A stretch of 64,000 nt of DNA from Candidatus Brennerbacteria bacterium (GTDB taxonomy: Bacteria > Patescibacteriota > Minisyncoccia > UBA6257 > GWB1-50-10), in contig JACPEK010000006.1 of NCBI GenBank assembly GCA_016183535.1, positions 38,015 through 102,014 of the forward strand, written 5' to 3'. The notes below the pieces were generated by a model. It had not been told where the DNA came from and ran no database searches. It saw only the letters and a list, made by a program, of their open reading frames with translations. Below are positions 17,923 through 26,747 of this stretch, piece by piece. A program made the position numbers and the translations under genes. Each line of letters starts with the position of its first letter. Within the stretch, counting starts at the first letter, position 1.

Positions 17923-18643
17923 CTTCAGTCGGCGCTTCCGCGAGAGGTTTTACCTCCACTGCCGCAATCTTTTCAAAATGATCCTTGAGGGCGTTCCCCG
18001 CCTTATGGAGCGCCTCGGAGGGCGAGAGGGAACCGTCCGTTTCCACCTCGAGTACCAGGCGGTTGAAATCGGTGCGATCGCCGACCCGCATGTTTTCCAC
18101 CGTCGCCGCCACGCGCACGACGGGAGAAAAAATTGCGTCAAGCACGATAGTCCCCACCGAGAGTCGCTCGAGACGGCGCGCCTCGGCGGGCACATAGCCC
18201 AATCCTTTTTCCACGGTGAGTTCCATATCGAGCTCGGAAGTTTTTTTCGTGAGGGTGGCAAGATGAAGCGAAGGATTCACCACCTTCGCGAAAGCCGTGG
18301 TTTCGATGTCGGCGGCCGTCACCTCCCGATCCCCCTTCACTTTCAACGTAAGCACTTGCGGCTCGTCCGCGAAAAAATGAAAACGCACCTTCTTAAGGTT
18401 CAAGGTAAACTCCACCACGTCTTCAAGCATTCCCGGCACCGTCGAGAACTCGTGATCAACTCCTTTTATTTTTACCTGCGTGATCGCGGCGCCCGGCAGG
18501 GAGGAAAGGAGCGCGCGGCGAAGTGAGGTTCCCACCGTGTGGCCGTACCCCGTGTAGAGACCTTCGACGTGAAATACGCCACTATTCCCCTCTTCCGAAA
18601 GGGTTTTCACCGACATAGTTTCACTTAAGTGAGAATATTTCAT
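17879..18643 (-). CDS. rpoA: DNA-directed RNA polymerase alpha subunit; N-terminal domain only, no recognisable alpha-CTD
   Basis: N-terminal domain motifs (GYGHTVGTSLRRALLSSLPG, insert domain). The protein ends after about 254 aa with a K-rich tail. Confidence 0.85.
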   Translation of the reverse strand: MKYSHLSETMSVKTLSEEGNSGVFHVEGLYTGYGHTVGTSLRRALLSSLPGAAITQVKIKGVDHEFSTVPGMLEDVVEFTLNLKKVRFHFFADEPQVLTLKVKGDREVTAADIETTAFAKVVNPSLHLATLTKKTSELDMELTVEKGLGYVPAEARRLERLSVGTIVLDAIFSPVVRVAATVENMRVGDRTDFNRLVLEVETDGSLSPSEALHKAGNALKDHFEKIAAVEVKPLAEAPTEGESKKKKRKSETSE

Positions 18644-18818
18644 TCCGTTTAGAGACAGGCCGCCTCAAGGCAACCATGGTGATACCACGACGCTTTTGTG
18701 CCAGATCCGGATATCGTATTGTCGATTCGGTAAGTTATGAACATGAAATGGGGTTGTCTCTCGCGGGATTTATATGAAAGACGCCTTATGCTAACAAAAA
18801 TAAGATCGAAAATCAATG

Positions 18819-19424
18819 TCATCGGGCGTAGAACTGGCTCGCGAGGGAAATCTCAAAAGGAAACTGGTGGTTGTCTTCACTTGGAAGTTTCACGCATGTT
18901 CCCTCCCGTTTCTCGGCGTCGAACGCGAGCCACCCCGGAACCTGATAGGTTTTCATCCGTTCCGCGAAATCCTCGAAAAGCTTGGCGCCGCGAGATTCCG
19001 GCCTGACGCCTATGACGTCGCCCGGCTTCACCATATAGGAGGGAATGGTAACCTTGCGGCCGTTCACGACAATGTGGCCGTGGGAAATGAGCTGACGGCC
19101 GATGCGCGGCGATTTCGCGAACCCAAGCGCGAACGCGACATGGTCAAGACGACGCTCGAGAAGGTTTGCGATCAGAACGGGGGAAGCCGCGGAGAAGTAC
19201 TTTTCCATCTGCCGGTTCGTGAGCCCGAAATATATCCGGATACGCTGTTTTTCCTGCAGTTGGCGTCCGTAATCAGAGAGTGTGCGGCGCGCGTTTTTGT
19301 GGGGCCCGGGCCGCTCCGGACGCCGCACGGTAACGCACTTCGGCGAGCTGCAACGATCGCCCTTCAGAAAGAGCTTGGCGCCCAACGAACGTTCCCTTTT
19401 TTCTTTTGCGTGGATGACTGCCAT
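18819..19424 (-). CDS. rpsD: 30S ribosomal protein S4
   Basis: ORF trimmed to MAVIHAKEKRERSLGAKLFLKGDRCSSPKC... (zinc-ribbon N-terminus plus S4 domain). The ATG sits at 19424..19422. Confidence 0.92.
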   Translation of the reverse strand: MAVIHAKEKRERSLGAKLFLKGDRCSSPKCVTVRRPERPGPHKNARRTLSDYGRQLQEKQRIRIYFGLTNRQMEKYFSAASPVLIANLLERRLDHVAFALGFAKSPRIGRQLISHGHIVVNGRKVTIPSYMVKPGDVIGVRPESRGAKLFEDFAERMKTYQVPGWLAFDAEKREGTCVKLPSEDNHQFPFEISLASQFYAR

Positions 19425-19444
19425 GAGAATTGAACTAATGATTA

Positions 19445-19897
19445 TTAAACTCTCCTCGTCTTTCTGGGTCGGGGACCGTTGTGAGGAATCGGGGTAATAT
19501 CCTTCACGCTCTCCACAACAAATCCTTTGGCGGCGAGCGTGCGAACCGCCGAATCTCTCCCTTTGCCGATGCCCCGCACGAAAATTTCCACGTTCAGAGG
19601 ACCCGACTTCCTCACTTTTTCCGCAATGGCCTCGGCAACCTTCGACGCCGCGAACGGCGTCGCCTTCTTCGGCCCCGAAAAACCAAGCGATCCCGAGGAC
19701 ATCCACGCAACCACTCCTCCCTTCTCGTCTGTTACGGTGATCATGGTGTTGTTATAAGAAGCATTCACGTAGATGCGCCCGTGAGACAGCCGGGTGGAAA
19801 CCGATTTCGCGGACTCTTTCGCGGCCGTCGCTTCGACCGCCTCGGATTCCTTGACGAGTTCTTCCTGGCTCTTTGCGGCTACTTTTTTCTTTCCCAT
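19445..19897 (-). CDS. rpsK: 30S ribosomal protein S11
   Basis: S11-like core (RIYVNASYNNTMITVTDEKGGVVAWMSSGSLGF...) with an N-terminal extension. Confidence 0.93.
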   Translation of the reverse strand: MGKKKVAAKSQEELVKESEAVEATAAKESAKSVSTRLSHGRIYVNASYNNTMITVTDEKGGVVAWMSSGSLGFSGPKKATPFAASKVAEAIAEKVRKSGPLNVEIFVRGIGKGRDSAVRTLAAKGFVVESVKDITPIPHNGPRPRKTRRV

Positions 19898-19914
19898 GCT
19901 GTTTCTATATAAAT

Positions 19915-20298
19915 TTATTTCAGCTCCACCTTCCGCTTTCCGCTCCCCGCGGTTTTCCGCACATTCCCGCGCACCGTGCGGGAATTTGTTTTCGTGCGCT
20001 GGCCTCGAACCGGAAGCTTTTTCATGTGACGGACGCCGCGATATGCCTTTATTTCCTTGAGGCGCGCGACGTTCTGTTTCACCACCTGTCGCAGTTCCCC
20101 CTCCGTCTTCACCGCGTGCGCGATAGCCGACTGGATACGGTTTACCTCTTCGAGCGAGAGGGTTTTTGCCCGCTTGTCCACATCAACGCGCGCCGCCGCG
20201 ACAATTTCCGCGGCGCGAACCCGCCCGATCCCGTAGATGTAAGTAAGGGCGATCATTATCTTCTTTTCGTCGGGAATGTTGACTCCTGAAACTCTCAT
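19915..20298 (-). CDS. rpsM: 30S ribosomal protein S13
   Basis: MRVSGVNIPDEKKIMIALTYIYGIG... S13-like N-terminus. Confidence 0.93.
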   Translation of the reverse strand: MRVSGVNIPDEKKIMIALTYIYGIGRVRAAEIVAAARVDVDKRAKTLSLEEVNRIQSAIAHAVKTEGELRQVVKQNVARLKEIKAYRGVRHMKKLPVRGQRTKTNSRTVRGNVRKTAGSGKRKVELK

Positions 20299-20349
20299 AA
20301 ATGTTATCTCTCAACGCTTTGCGTTGGGCGAACGGTGCAAGGCACCGTT

Positions 20350-20463
20350 TTAACCTTGCCTCTGTTTGTGTTTCTTATTCTCGCAAATGACCCGCACCCG
20401 ACCCTTGCGGCGGACGACTTTGCATTTCATGCAGATCTTTTTTACCGATGCGCGGACTTTCAT
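20350..20463 (-). CDS. rpmJ: 50S ribosomal protein L36
   Basis: Hand-translated as [37 protein letters not shown] (37 aa, CxxC..C..H zinc ribbon). Absent from the ORF track because it is shorter than 60 aa. Confidence 0.9.
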   Translation of the reverse strand: MKVRASVKKICMKCKVVRRKGRVRVICENKKHKQRQG

Positions 20464-20557
20464 TGTATATGCGAAATGGCCACGAATACATAACCACGAA
20501 TTTCACTAATGGATTCGTGTCATTAGTGGCCCTATTCGTGAAATAGGTGAAACGATT

Positions 20558-20779
20558 TTACAGTCTCCGCACAATGCGCCCTCGCGTGAGATCGTGGGGG
20601 CTCATTTCCACCACCACGGTGTCGCCCGGAATCACGCGAATGCGATTGATCTTCATCTTACCGCCAAGGTGGGCAAGCACGGGCGCGCCCCCTTCCTTGA
20701 GCGCAACCCGGAACATGAGTCCCGGAAGAGTTTCCTCCACCACGCCTTCGGCTCGTATCGTGCTCGATGTTTCAGGCAT
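20558..20779 (-). CDS. infA: translation initiation factor IF-1
   Basis: S1-like OB fold; [32 protein letters not shown]. Confidence 0.93.
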   Translation of the reverse strand: MPETSSTIRAEGVVEETLPGLMFRVALKEGGAPVLAHLGGKMKINRIRVIPGDTVVVEMSPHDLTRGRIVRRL

Positions 20780-20852
20780 TCCCTGTGATAGGTGTGCGGT
20801 TCAAATATAAGAAAAACCAAAAGAAGTGTCAATCCCGCCGCTTTCCCGCATT

Positions 20853-22319
20853 CTATTCCACTGTCACTTCTATCTTCGTCTCATCGGTCGGCACCGAGCG
20901 CACGAAAAACGGCGAGAGTGATACTTTGGCGGCCTCCACGCCCGGGACGGCGAGCACCGCCGCCTTAAGGTCCGCTTCGCCTTTCCCCGTGACGCTCGCG
21001 CGGAATGCGTCCGCGTTAAACGGCGCGGTAAAAACTCCCGCACCGTTCACGGGAAATGTGAGCGTCCGTTTCGCGAAATCGGGGGTGCTGGTGCCGACCG
21101 TATAGGAGAAATCCTTCGCGACGAGTTCTTTGGGGAGTGCGCGCGCCGCCGTTGCGACGAGCGCCTCCCGCAACATCGGATCCTCGAACACGATCTGTTC
21201 CATCACCGCCTCGCCGAAGAGATGAAAGGCATGCGGATCCTCCCCGTCCTGCGAAATATTTTCTTCGACAAGCGTTACCCGCCGGCTTCCCGGGAGCGCG
21301 GTGAAGCGATCCGAGAGGATAATGAGGAATTGGCTCTCAAGCGCGCCGGTCAGGGCTTCCATGAGTTTATTCCGCGCGTCCGCAAGTTCCGTCGTTGAAG
21401 GTTTCGCCCGCTCCCCGATAAAACCGCCTTTTATGCCCGATTTCGTTTCGGCGTAGAACCCGTCATAGCGCGGCGTGCTCCTGAAACCGGGGATGCGCCA
21501 TCCCGATGACGCGGGAAGGTTGTAGACCTCGCCCGCTTCCTCCGCCGTCACCGGCGCCTCGACGGACGAGGCGGTGATACGGCCGCCCTCCACTCTCGCG
21601 CCCGGCACCGTCACCTGCCGGTCGAGACGGAATATTTTTTTGTCGGGCGATTCAAACCGCGTGTTGCGCACCAACGTCTGCGGCGCGGAGCCGTACGAGT
21701 TATAGACGATGAGCACGCCGGTCGCTTTTGCCGACACCGTTTCCGTATCCCGCGCGGCGAAGGGAAGCGTGAGATTTGCGCGTGCTTCGAGAGCTTCGCC
21801 GGGTACCACCACCGCGGAGGGCGCGCTCACGGTACCGGGATCCGCGGCCGCGACGACGGTTTCTTTAAACGTCATGGGATATTTTTTCATCGTGAGCGTG
21901 ATCACCGCTTTCGGAAGCGTAAACCATGCGCCGGCCCCCGCCGCGATCAAGATGGCGAGTACCCCGACTCCTACGCGAAGCACGCGACGCCGGCCCCGAT
22001 ACCGTCCCGTGAATCCCGCCCGTCCGACCGGCGAATTTGCCGCTTGTGTCGCTTCCACTCCGGGAGCGGGCCCTCCATCAATCCGCATTTCACGAATCGG
22101 CGGGATAAGAAAAACTGGTTCTTCCTTCGGCTCCGGAGGCGCGCTTCTCTTTGTTTCGATGGGCTCCGATTCCTTCTTTTTTGGCGCTTTCCGCGCCGGC
22201 GAAATTTCCTTCCTTACTTCCCCGTCCAAACTTTGTTTGCTCGCCACGGCCTTGGCGGAGGAAGGACGACGGGGAACAATATCGGAAATCTTTCTTTTTA
22301 ACTCTACCATAAGAGCCAT
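20853..22319 (-). CDS. hypothetical membrane-anchored protein (488 aa), translationally coupled to the upstream ATPase (TAATG)
   Basis: ORF trimmed to MALMVELKRK.... K/P/E-rich cytoplasmic N-region, one TM (VLRVGVGVLAILIAAGAGAWF), then a large extracytoplasmic domain. Confidence 0.55.
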   Translation of the reverse strand: MALMVELKRKISDIVPRRPSSAKAVASKQSLDGEVRKEISPARKAPKKKESEPIETKRSAPPEPKEEPVFLIPPIREMRIDGGPAPGVEATQAANSPVGRAGFTGRYRGRRRVLRVGVGVLAILIAAGAGAWFTLPKAVITLTMKKYPMTFKETVVAAADPGTVSAPSAVVVPGEALEARANLTLPFAARDTETVSAKATGVLIVYNSYGSAPQTLVRNTRFESPDKKIFRLDRQVTVPGARVEGGRITASSVEAPVTAEEAGEVYNLPASSGWRIPGFRSTPRYDGFYAETKSGIKGGFIGERAKPSTTELADARNKLMEALTGALESQFLIILSDRFTALPGSRRVTLVEENISQDGEDPHAFHLFGEAVMEQIVFEDPMLREALVATAARALPKELVAKDFSYTVGTSTPDFAKRTLTFPVNGAGVFTAPFNADAFRASVTGKGEADLKAAVLAVPGVEAAKVSLSPFFVRSVPTDETKIEVTVE

Positions 22320-23650
22320 TATACCCCAGGACGCGGCGTCGCATACCGCGCGCGGGAGGATGCCACGATCGCGTCGCGGTGAGAACCTGCCGGCAGAGGC
22401 AACGCGCGGAGCGTCTCCGCGGAAAACGGATCGTAGGTCTCGCCGTCGATCGTCATTTTGATGTAGAACGAGCCGGTCCCGAGGTTGATCATGTCCTTTG
22501 CCTTGAACACGGGGGTCATTTCTTCCTCCAAGCGAACCGCATCGCCGCCGCTCGCGCGGAACACCACAACACACCCCATCGTGCCGAGAATCGCGGCTTG
22601 AAGGCGAGGAGTGAGTTGTTCGAGATATTGATGGGAAAGCGAAAGGCAGACGCCGTATTTTCGCGCTTCGGAGAGGAGATTCTCGAGTGTCTCCGTGGCG
22701 AGACCCTGAAACTCGTCGAGGTAGACGTAAAAATCTCTCCGCCTCGGATCCGCTCCGTTTGTCCGCATCATGCCGGCTTGCTTCAACTTCGCCACCACAA
22801 GTGCGCCGAGGAAATTCGCGTTGTGCTCCCCGAGATTGCCCCGCGCGAGATTCACCAAAACAATGTGCTCCTGCGCCATAAGCGATTTAAAATCAATCGT
22901 GTTCCTCCCCTGTTCAAACATGTTCCGCACAAGAGGATGGAGCGTGAACTGGCTTAATTTGGTGACAAGCGGAAGCACGGCATCGCCCTCGAAACGTCGG
23001 GACCATTCCGGAAACTCGTCCGCCCAAAAACGCCGCACGAATTCGTCTTGCACTTCTTTCACCACCGCCGCGCGATACGCGCCATCGGTGAGAAGCGACA
23101 CAAATCCTCCCATGGTGGCATGCGGGTAATCGAGGAGCGCAAGACAGGCAAACCGGAAGACGTGTTCAAGGCGGGGCGTCCAGTTCACGCCGAACTGTTT
23201 TTCCATAATCTCGATCAAACTCTGCGCGAACGTATGCGTGAGTTCGCGCGGAACGTCGGCGAGCGGGTTCCAGCCGACGGGAAATGCCGTGTCCGACGGA
23301 TCAATCACACACACCTGCCCGATCCGTTCCTTCGGTATCGAATCGAGGAGCGCGCCCACGAGATCCCCGTGAAAATCGACCGCACAAAACCCGTACCCGT
23401 GGGCGGCATCCTGGCGCGCGAGCAATTCAAAAAACTTCGATTTTCCCGCTCCGCTTTTCCCCACCGCATAGAGGTGGCGGCGGCGGTCAGCACGTTGAAT
23501 GCCAAAAACAAACCGCTTCTCCTCGATACCCGTCACATAGTTCGTGCGGCCGACGAACGAGCACTCCTCGGGGCGCACTTTCCCGAGCACGGGAAGCTCG
23601 GGCGGCGGCGGCGCCGTTTTTACGAATTGAATTCTCTCGGTCGCCGGCAT
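22319..23650 (-). CDS. P-loop ATPase of the VirD4/TraD/TraG type IV coupling-protein family (FtsK-HerA superfamily), soluble form without TM segments
   Basis: Walker A LYAVGKSGAGKSKF; Walker B FYVYLDEFQ; downstream EARKYGVCLSLSHQYLEQL, which resembles the T4CP Q/S motif region. Confidence 0.7.
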   Translation of the reverse strand: MPATERIQFVKTAPPPPELPVLGKVRPEECSFVGRTNYVTGIEEKRFVFGIQRADRRRHLYAVGKSGAGKSKFFELLARQDAAHGYGFCAVDFHGDLVGALLDSIPKERIGQVCVIDPSDTAFPVGWNPLADVPRELTHTFAQSLIEIMEKQFGVNWTPRLEHVFRFACLALLDYPHATMGGFVSLLTDGAYRAAVVKEVQDEFVRRFWADEFPEWSRRFEGDAVLPLVTKLSQFTLHPLVRNMFEQGRNTIDFKSLMAQEHIVLVNLARGNLGEHNANFLGALVVAKLKQAGMMRTNGADPRRRDFYVYLDEFQGLATETLENLLSEARKYGVCLSLSHQYLEQLTPRLQAAILGTMGCVVVFRASGGDAVRLEEEMTPVFKAKDMINLGTGSFYIKMTIDGETYDPFSAETLRALPLPAGSHRDAIVASSRARYATPRPGV

Positions 23651-23659
23651 ATCGTCGCA

Positions 23660-24196
23660 CTAAGAAGGGAGCGCGCCAAGCTCTCGCAAGAAGGACTCAT
23701 AGATTTTGAGCGCTTCTTCGGCGGCGTTCGCGTCAATACCGAAATCCGGCGCGTGGACCAGTTCGTTCCGCATGCGGTGCGCCCGCCACAAACGGTCAAG
23801 CCCAGGATAGTCGGCCGCATCCAGTTGTTCCAAGCGGTCGGCCATGTGCTCGCCCGAAAAACCCATTTGCTTCAAGGCATCGTCCACGCATTTGTCGGCT
23901 TCAATGACGGCGACGGTGTAGGATTGGGGAGGCGCGGCGGCGGCGCGGCCGACAATACGCGCCCACCGCTCGCGAAACGCTTTCTGATCAAGAGAGGGTC
24001 GACGAGAAAGCGCGGCGGCGGCGCGCATAAAAGGAGGGCGAAACTCCGACGCCTTTCTTATAAGCCACACGAGGCCCGCGAGAAGTGCAATATCAAGAAC
24101 GATAAACACGATCCGGACAACGAAAAGTGCGTCCGCCCACGGCGCGTGAACGATAAGTCGCGCGAGATTTTCGAGATTTTTGATAAGCGCGTCCAT
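23660..24196 (-). CDS. small membrane protein (178 aa), hypothetical
   Basis: One or two TM helices (IVFIVLDIALLAGLVWLI) plus a soluble C-terminal domain. The stop overlaps the upstream gene. Confidence 0.45.
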   Translation of the reverse strand: MDALIKNLENLARLIVHAPWADALFVVRIVFIVLDIALLAGLVWLIRKASEFRPPFMRAAAALSRRPSLDQKAFRERWARIVGRAAAAPPQSYTVAVIEADKCVDDALKQMGFSGEHMADRLEQLDAADYPGLDRLWRAHRMRNELVHAPDFGIDANAAEEALKIYESFLRELGALPS

Positions 24197-24198
24197 GG

Positions 24199-25587
24199 CT
24201 ACTGAAACTTTTCAATTTCTTCCTCCTCGCCGAAGATGGCGAGGCCCGCGGGCGGCCCTGCGCGCCGGCTTTCGGTGCGCCGGAGGTGCGGCGCCGTCAA
24301 CACCACCGCGGTCGGCGGATGGAACACCGTCGCGATCCCCTTCACCGACATGAAAAACCGTTCCGATTTAAAGTTCGAGTGGTAACGGTGCGAAGTTATG
24401 AATTTCCCCGCCCACGTTTCGGGCGGCACTTCCCGCATCCGGTAATTCCACAGGAGCCGCTCCTGGCGATAGCGGAGACGCGTTTTCGGAAACACATACG
24501 GCTTCACCCACGGATCGGTTTTGGTGGCGGTGGGCTTGTTCGCCTTGAAATTGTTCAGGTCGAGCGCGGTGAATTGGTTGAACGCCCCGAGCGCGCCGCG
24601 CGCCGGCGGCCCCTTCGGCGCGGATTCGGGCATAAAGTGAATAATCCTGACAAGGGTGAGGAACGCCGGTTTCGAAAGGTTTTCTTCCACCGCTTTCAGT
24701 ATGTCGGTGTGGCCCGGAGAACGCGCGACCGTCACTTCCTTACTCCCTCCTTCCTCCTCGACGGCGATAGTGGTCGGAGTCTTGAGTTTTTCGAGAAAAT
24801 CCTTGAATCCGTCTCTCCAGTCGGCCGCCGCGGGCGCGAGAAGCAACTGCACACCCACCGTTTCGTCCTTCGGCACTTTCCCCAACACCTCAAGGAACGT
24901 GGAAATGGGATCGAATTGTTTTTCTTCGGCGATGTTTTCAAACCGATCGTAGGTTCTGATCGGGTAGGCGGCTTCCCGCGCGAGCACCATCTCGGTTCCC
25001 CACACCTTCATGCGACGGTGTGCGAGCTCTTCCTGATTTTTCGGGAGCCCGCCGACGTAGTCCTCCACCTCCCTCACCTCCAAATCGGGGTAGAAAGAAT
25101 AGAGCGCCGCCTCGACCACACCCCGCATGCCGGCGTTCATGCGGATGAAAAATCGCGCCTCACCGCCGAAGCTCACGAGTTCGAGCGCGAAAATTCTCGT
25201 GATTTCCCCGTCGAGATATTTTTCTTTGAACGTGCCCGGCGCATTGCGGAGCGCGTGCACCGCCATGAGCACCTCCTCCATCGCCTGCGGACTCTTTTTC
25301 ACCTCTCGCGGGATGCGAAGTTCGAGCAATACGTATTCCTCTTTCCGCTTGAACCGCTCCTGCCGCACAAACAACCAAAACGATTCGAAGATGCCGAAGA
25401 GAAAGAAAAAAAGGATAAGAGGCCACGCATAGAGGAAAAAATTCCGAAGGATGATCCGGACGGCGTCAAAAAATGCGTAGACGATCCACGCCCCGACGCC
25501 GACGAAAAATAGAAAAACCCACACCTCCTCCTTCCCGAAAAACTCGGCGAGGAATTCTATGACGTGGTTGAAAGTTTCCTTGATCAT
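24199..25587 (-). CDS. polytopic membrane protein (462 aa) with a large soluble domain, hypothetical
   Basis: Three N-terminal TM helices, then a roughly 350-aa domain. It is the first gene of the 4-gene module ending with the T4CP-like ATPase. Confidence 0.55.
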   Translation of the reverse strand: MIKETFNHVIEFLAEFFGKEEVWVFLFFVGVGAWIVYAFFDAVRIILRNFFLYAWPLILFFFLFGIFESFWLFVRQERFKRKEEYVLLELRIPREVKKSPQAMEEVLMAVHALRNAPGTFKEKYLDGEITRIFALELVSFGGEARFFIRMNAGMRGVVEAALYSFYPDLEVREVEDYVGGLPKNQEELAHRRMKVWGTEMVLAREAAYPIRTYDRFENIAEEKQFDPISTFLEVLGKVPKDETVGVQLLLAPAAADWRDGFKDFLEKLKTPTTIAVEEEGGSKEVTVARSPGHTDILKAVEENLSKPAFLTLVRIIHFMPESAPKGPPARGALGAFNQFTALDLNNFKANKPTATKTDPWVKPYVFPKTRLRYRQERLLWNYRMREVPPETWAGKFITSHRYHSNFKSERFFMSVKGIATVFHPPTAVVLTAPHLRRTESRRAGPPAGLAIFGEEEEIEKFQ

Positions 25588-25667
25588 TGCAAATCATCTT
25601 CATTGTAGCGCATGCAATCGGCAAAACCCAACGAAAAAGCCCCGACGTTTCGTCGGGGCTTTTCCCG

Positions 25668-26696
25668 CTACGCTTCTTTGACGCGATACCGCCCGTCGTC
25701 AAGCCGCGCGAAATGCTTGCGGTTTTGGAGCGCAAGAAGCACGGTGTTTTCTTTCAAAAACCGCTGTTCGTTCACGAGTCCCAATACGCGCTTTGCGTCC
25801 ATGGGGCCGTTCCGTTTTAAAAGCTTGGCGATCACCTCGCGCACCGTACCAGATTCATAGCCGTGTTCCCCGAGGCCATAGATGCCGCGACCCACAAGGA
25901 CGAACCGCGGATCTTTGATAAGCTCGTTGTGCACGGTCTGCATGTGGGTCGGGTGCGCCGAGAGGCGGTGTTTTGCGATGTGTTTCGCGATGTCGCGGAA
26001 GTGGAGCGGCGTGCCGTGTTTGCGAAGCACGAGGTACGCGCGGTCGCGCACGGTTTTAGGCTCGATCTCCGGCCACTCGCGAAGCCCCACATCGCCGAAC
26101 ACGTTCATGCCGATATGTTTCGGAATCGAGAGCCAGTGACACGCCACCATGTCCTTGCAAAACGCGAGGTGGGCCTTTTCATCGATTACCTTTTTGGTTC
26201 CGGCTTTCTCGAAAAACTCGGTGATTTTCTCGACGAAGTTCAAAAACTTCTTCTCCGTTGCCATACTCGAAACCCAATATGCGTGCATGAGGTCGGTCTC
26301 CGGCACATACCGCGGCTCACCCGCCACGCGGAGAATAAAGCGGATCTTCTCGGGGAGATTTTTCGCGTTCCGGTCATTTTTGAGAAAAGCTTCGCGAAGA
26401 TCCTCAATGAAGCGGTCGTCGCGTCGCGCGCCGCCCACGCTCTCAAGGTGCCGCTTCACGCTTTCAATAAAAAACTTCGCCTGATCCCGCACAAGCGGCG
26501 CGAGTTTTTTCACGGTCTGCGCTTCGATCTGGCGCACCCGTTCGCGCGTGAGATTGAGCTCGTCGCCTATTTCCTGAAGCGTCGCTTTGCTCCCCCCTTT
26601 GAGGGCGTATCTCCCCGCGACAATTCTGCGCGGCTTGGGCGCGAGCGTGGAGAGAACGTTTTCGAGAACCGATTCGATGGATTGCATGATTTTCAT
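25668..26696 (-). CDS. sigma-70 region-4 HTH plus HARE-HTH-like domain protein (putative transcription factor)
   Basis: TLQEIGDELNLTRERVRQIEAQTVKKL resembles sigma region 4.2. The C-terminal half resembles HARE-HTH (HFRDIAKHIAKH...PRFVLVGRGIYGL), with a second winged-helix-like unit after it. Confidence 0.55.
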   Translation of the reverse strand: MKIMQSIESVLENVLSTLAPKPRRIVAGRYALKGGSKATLQEIGDELNLTRERVRQIEAQTVKKLAPLVRDQAKFFIESVKRHLESVGGARRDDRFIEDLREAFLKNDRNAKNLPEKIRFILRVAGEPRYVPETDLMHAYWVSSMATEKKFLNFVEKITEFFEKAGTKKVIDEKAHLAFCKDMVACHWLSIPKHIGMNVFGDVGLREWPEIEPKTVRDRAYLVLRKHGTPLHFRDIAKHIAKHRLSAHPTHMQTVHNELIKDPRFVLVGRGIYGLGEHGYESGTVREVIAKLLKRNGPMDAKRVLGLVNEQRFLKENTVLLALQNRKHFARLDDGRYRVKEA

Positions 26697-26747
26697 CGTA
26701 CCATAGAGAATGAATGGCGTCAATTACCCTTATCCCCATGCGGCGAG

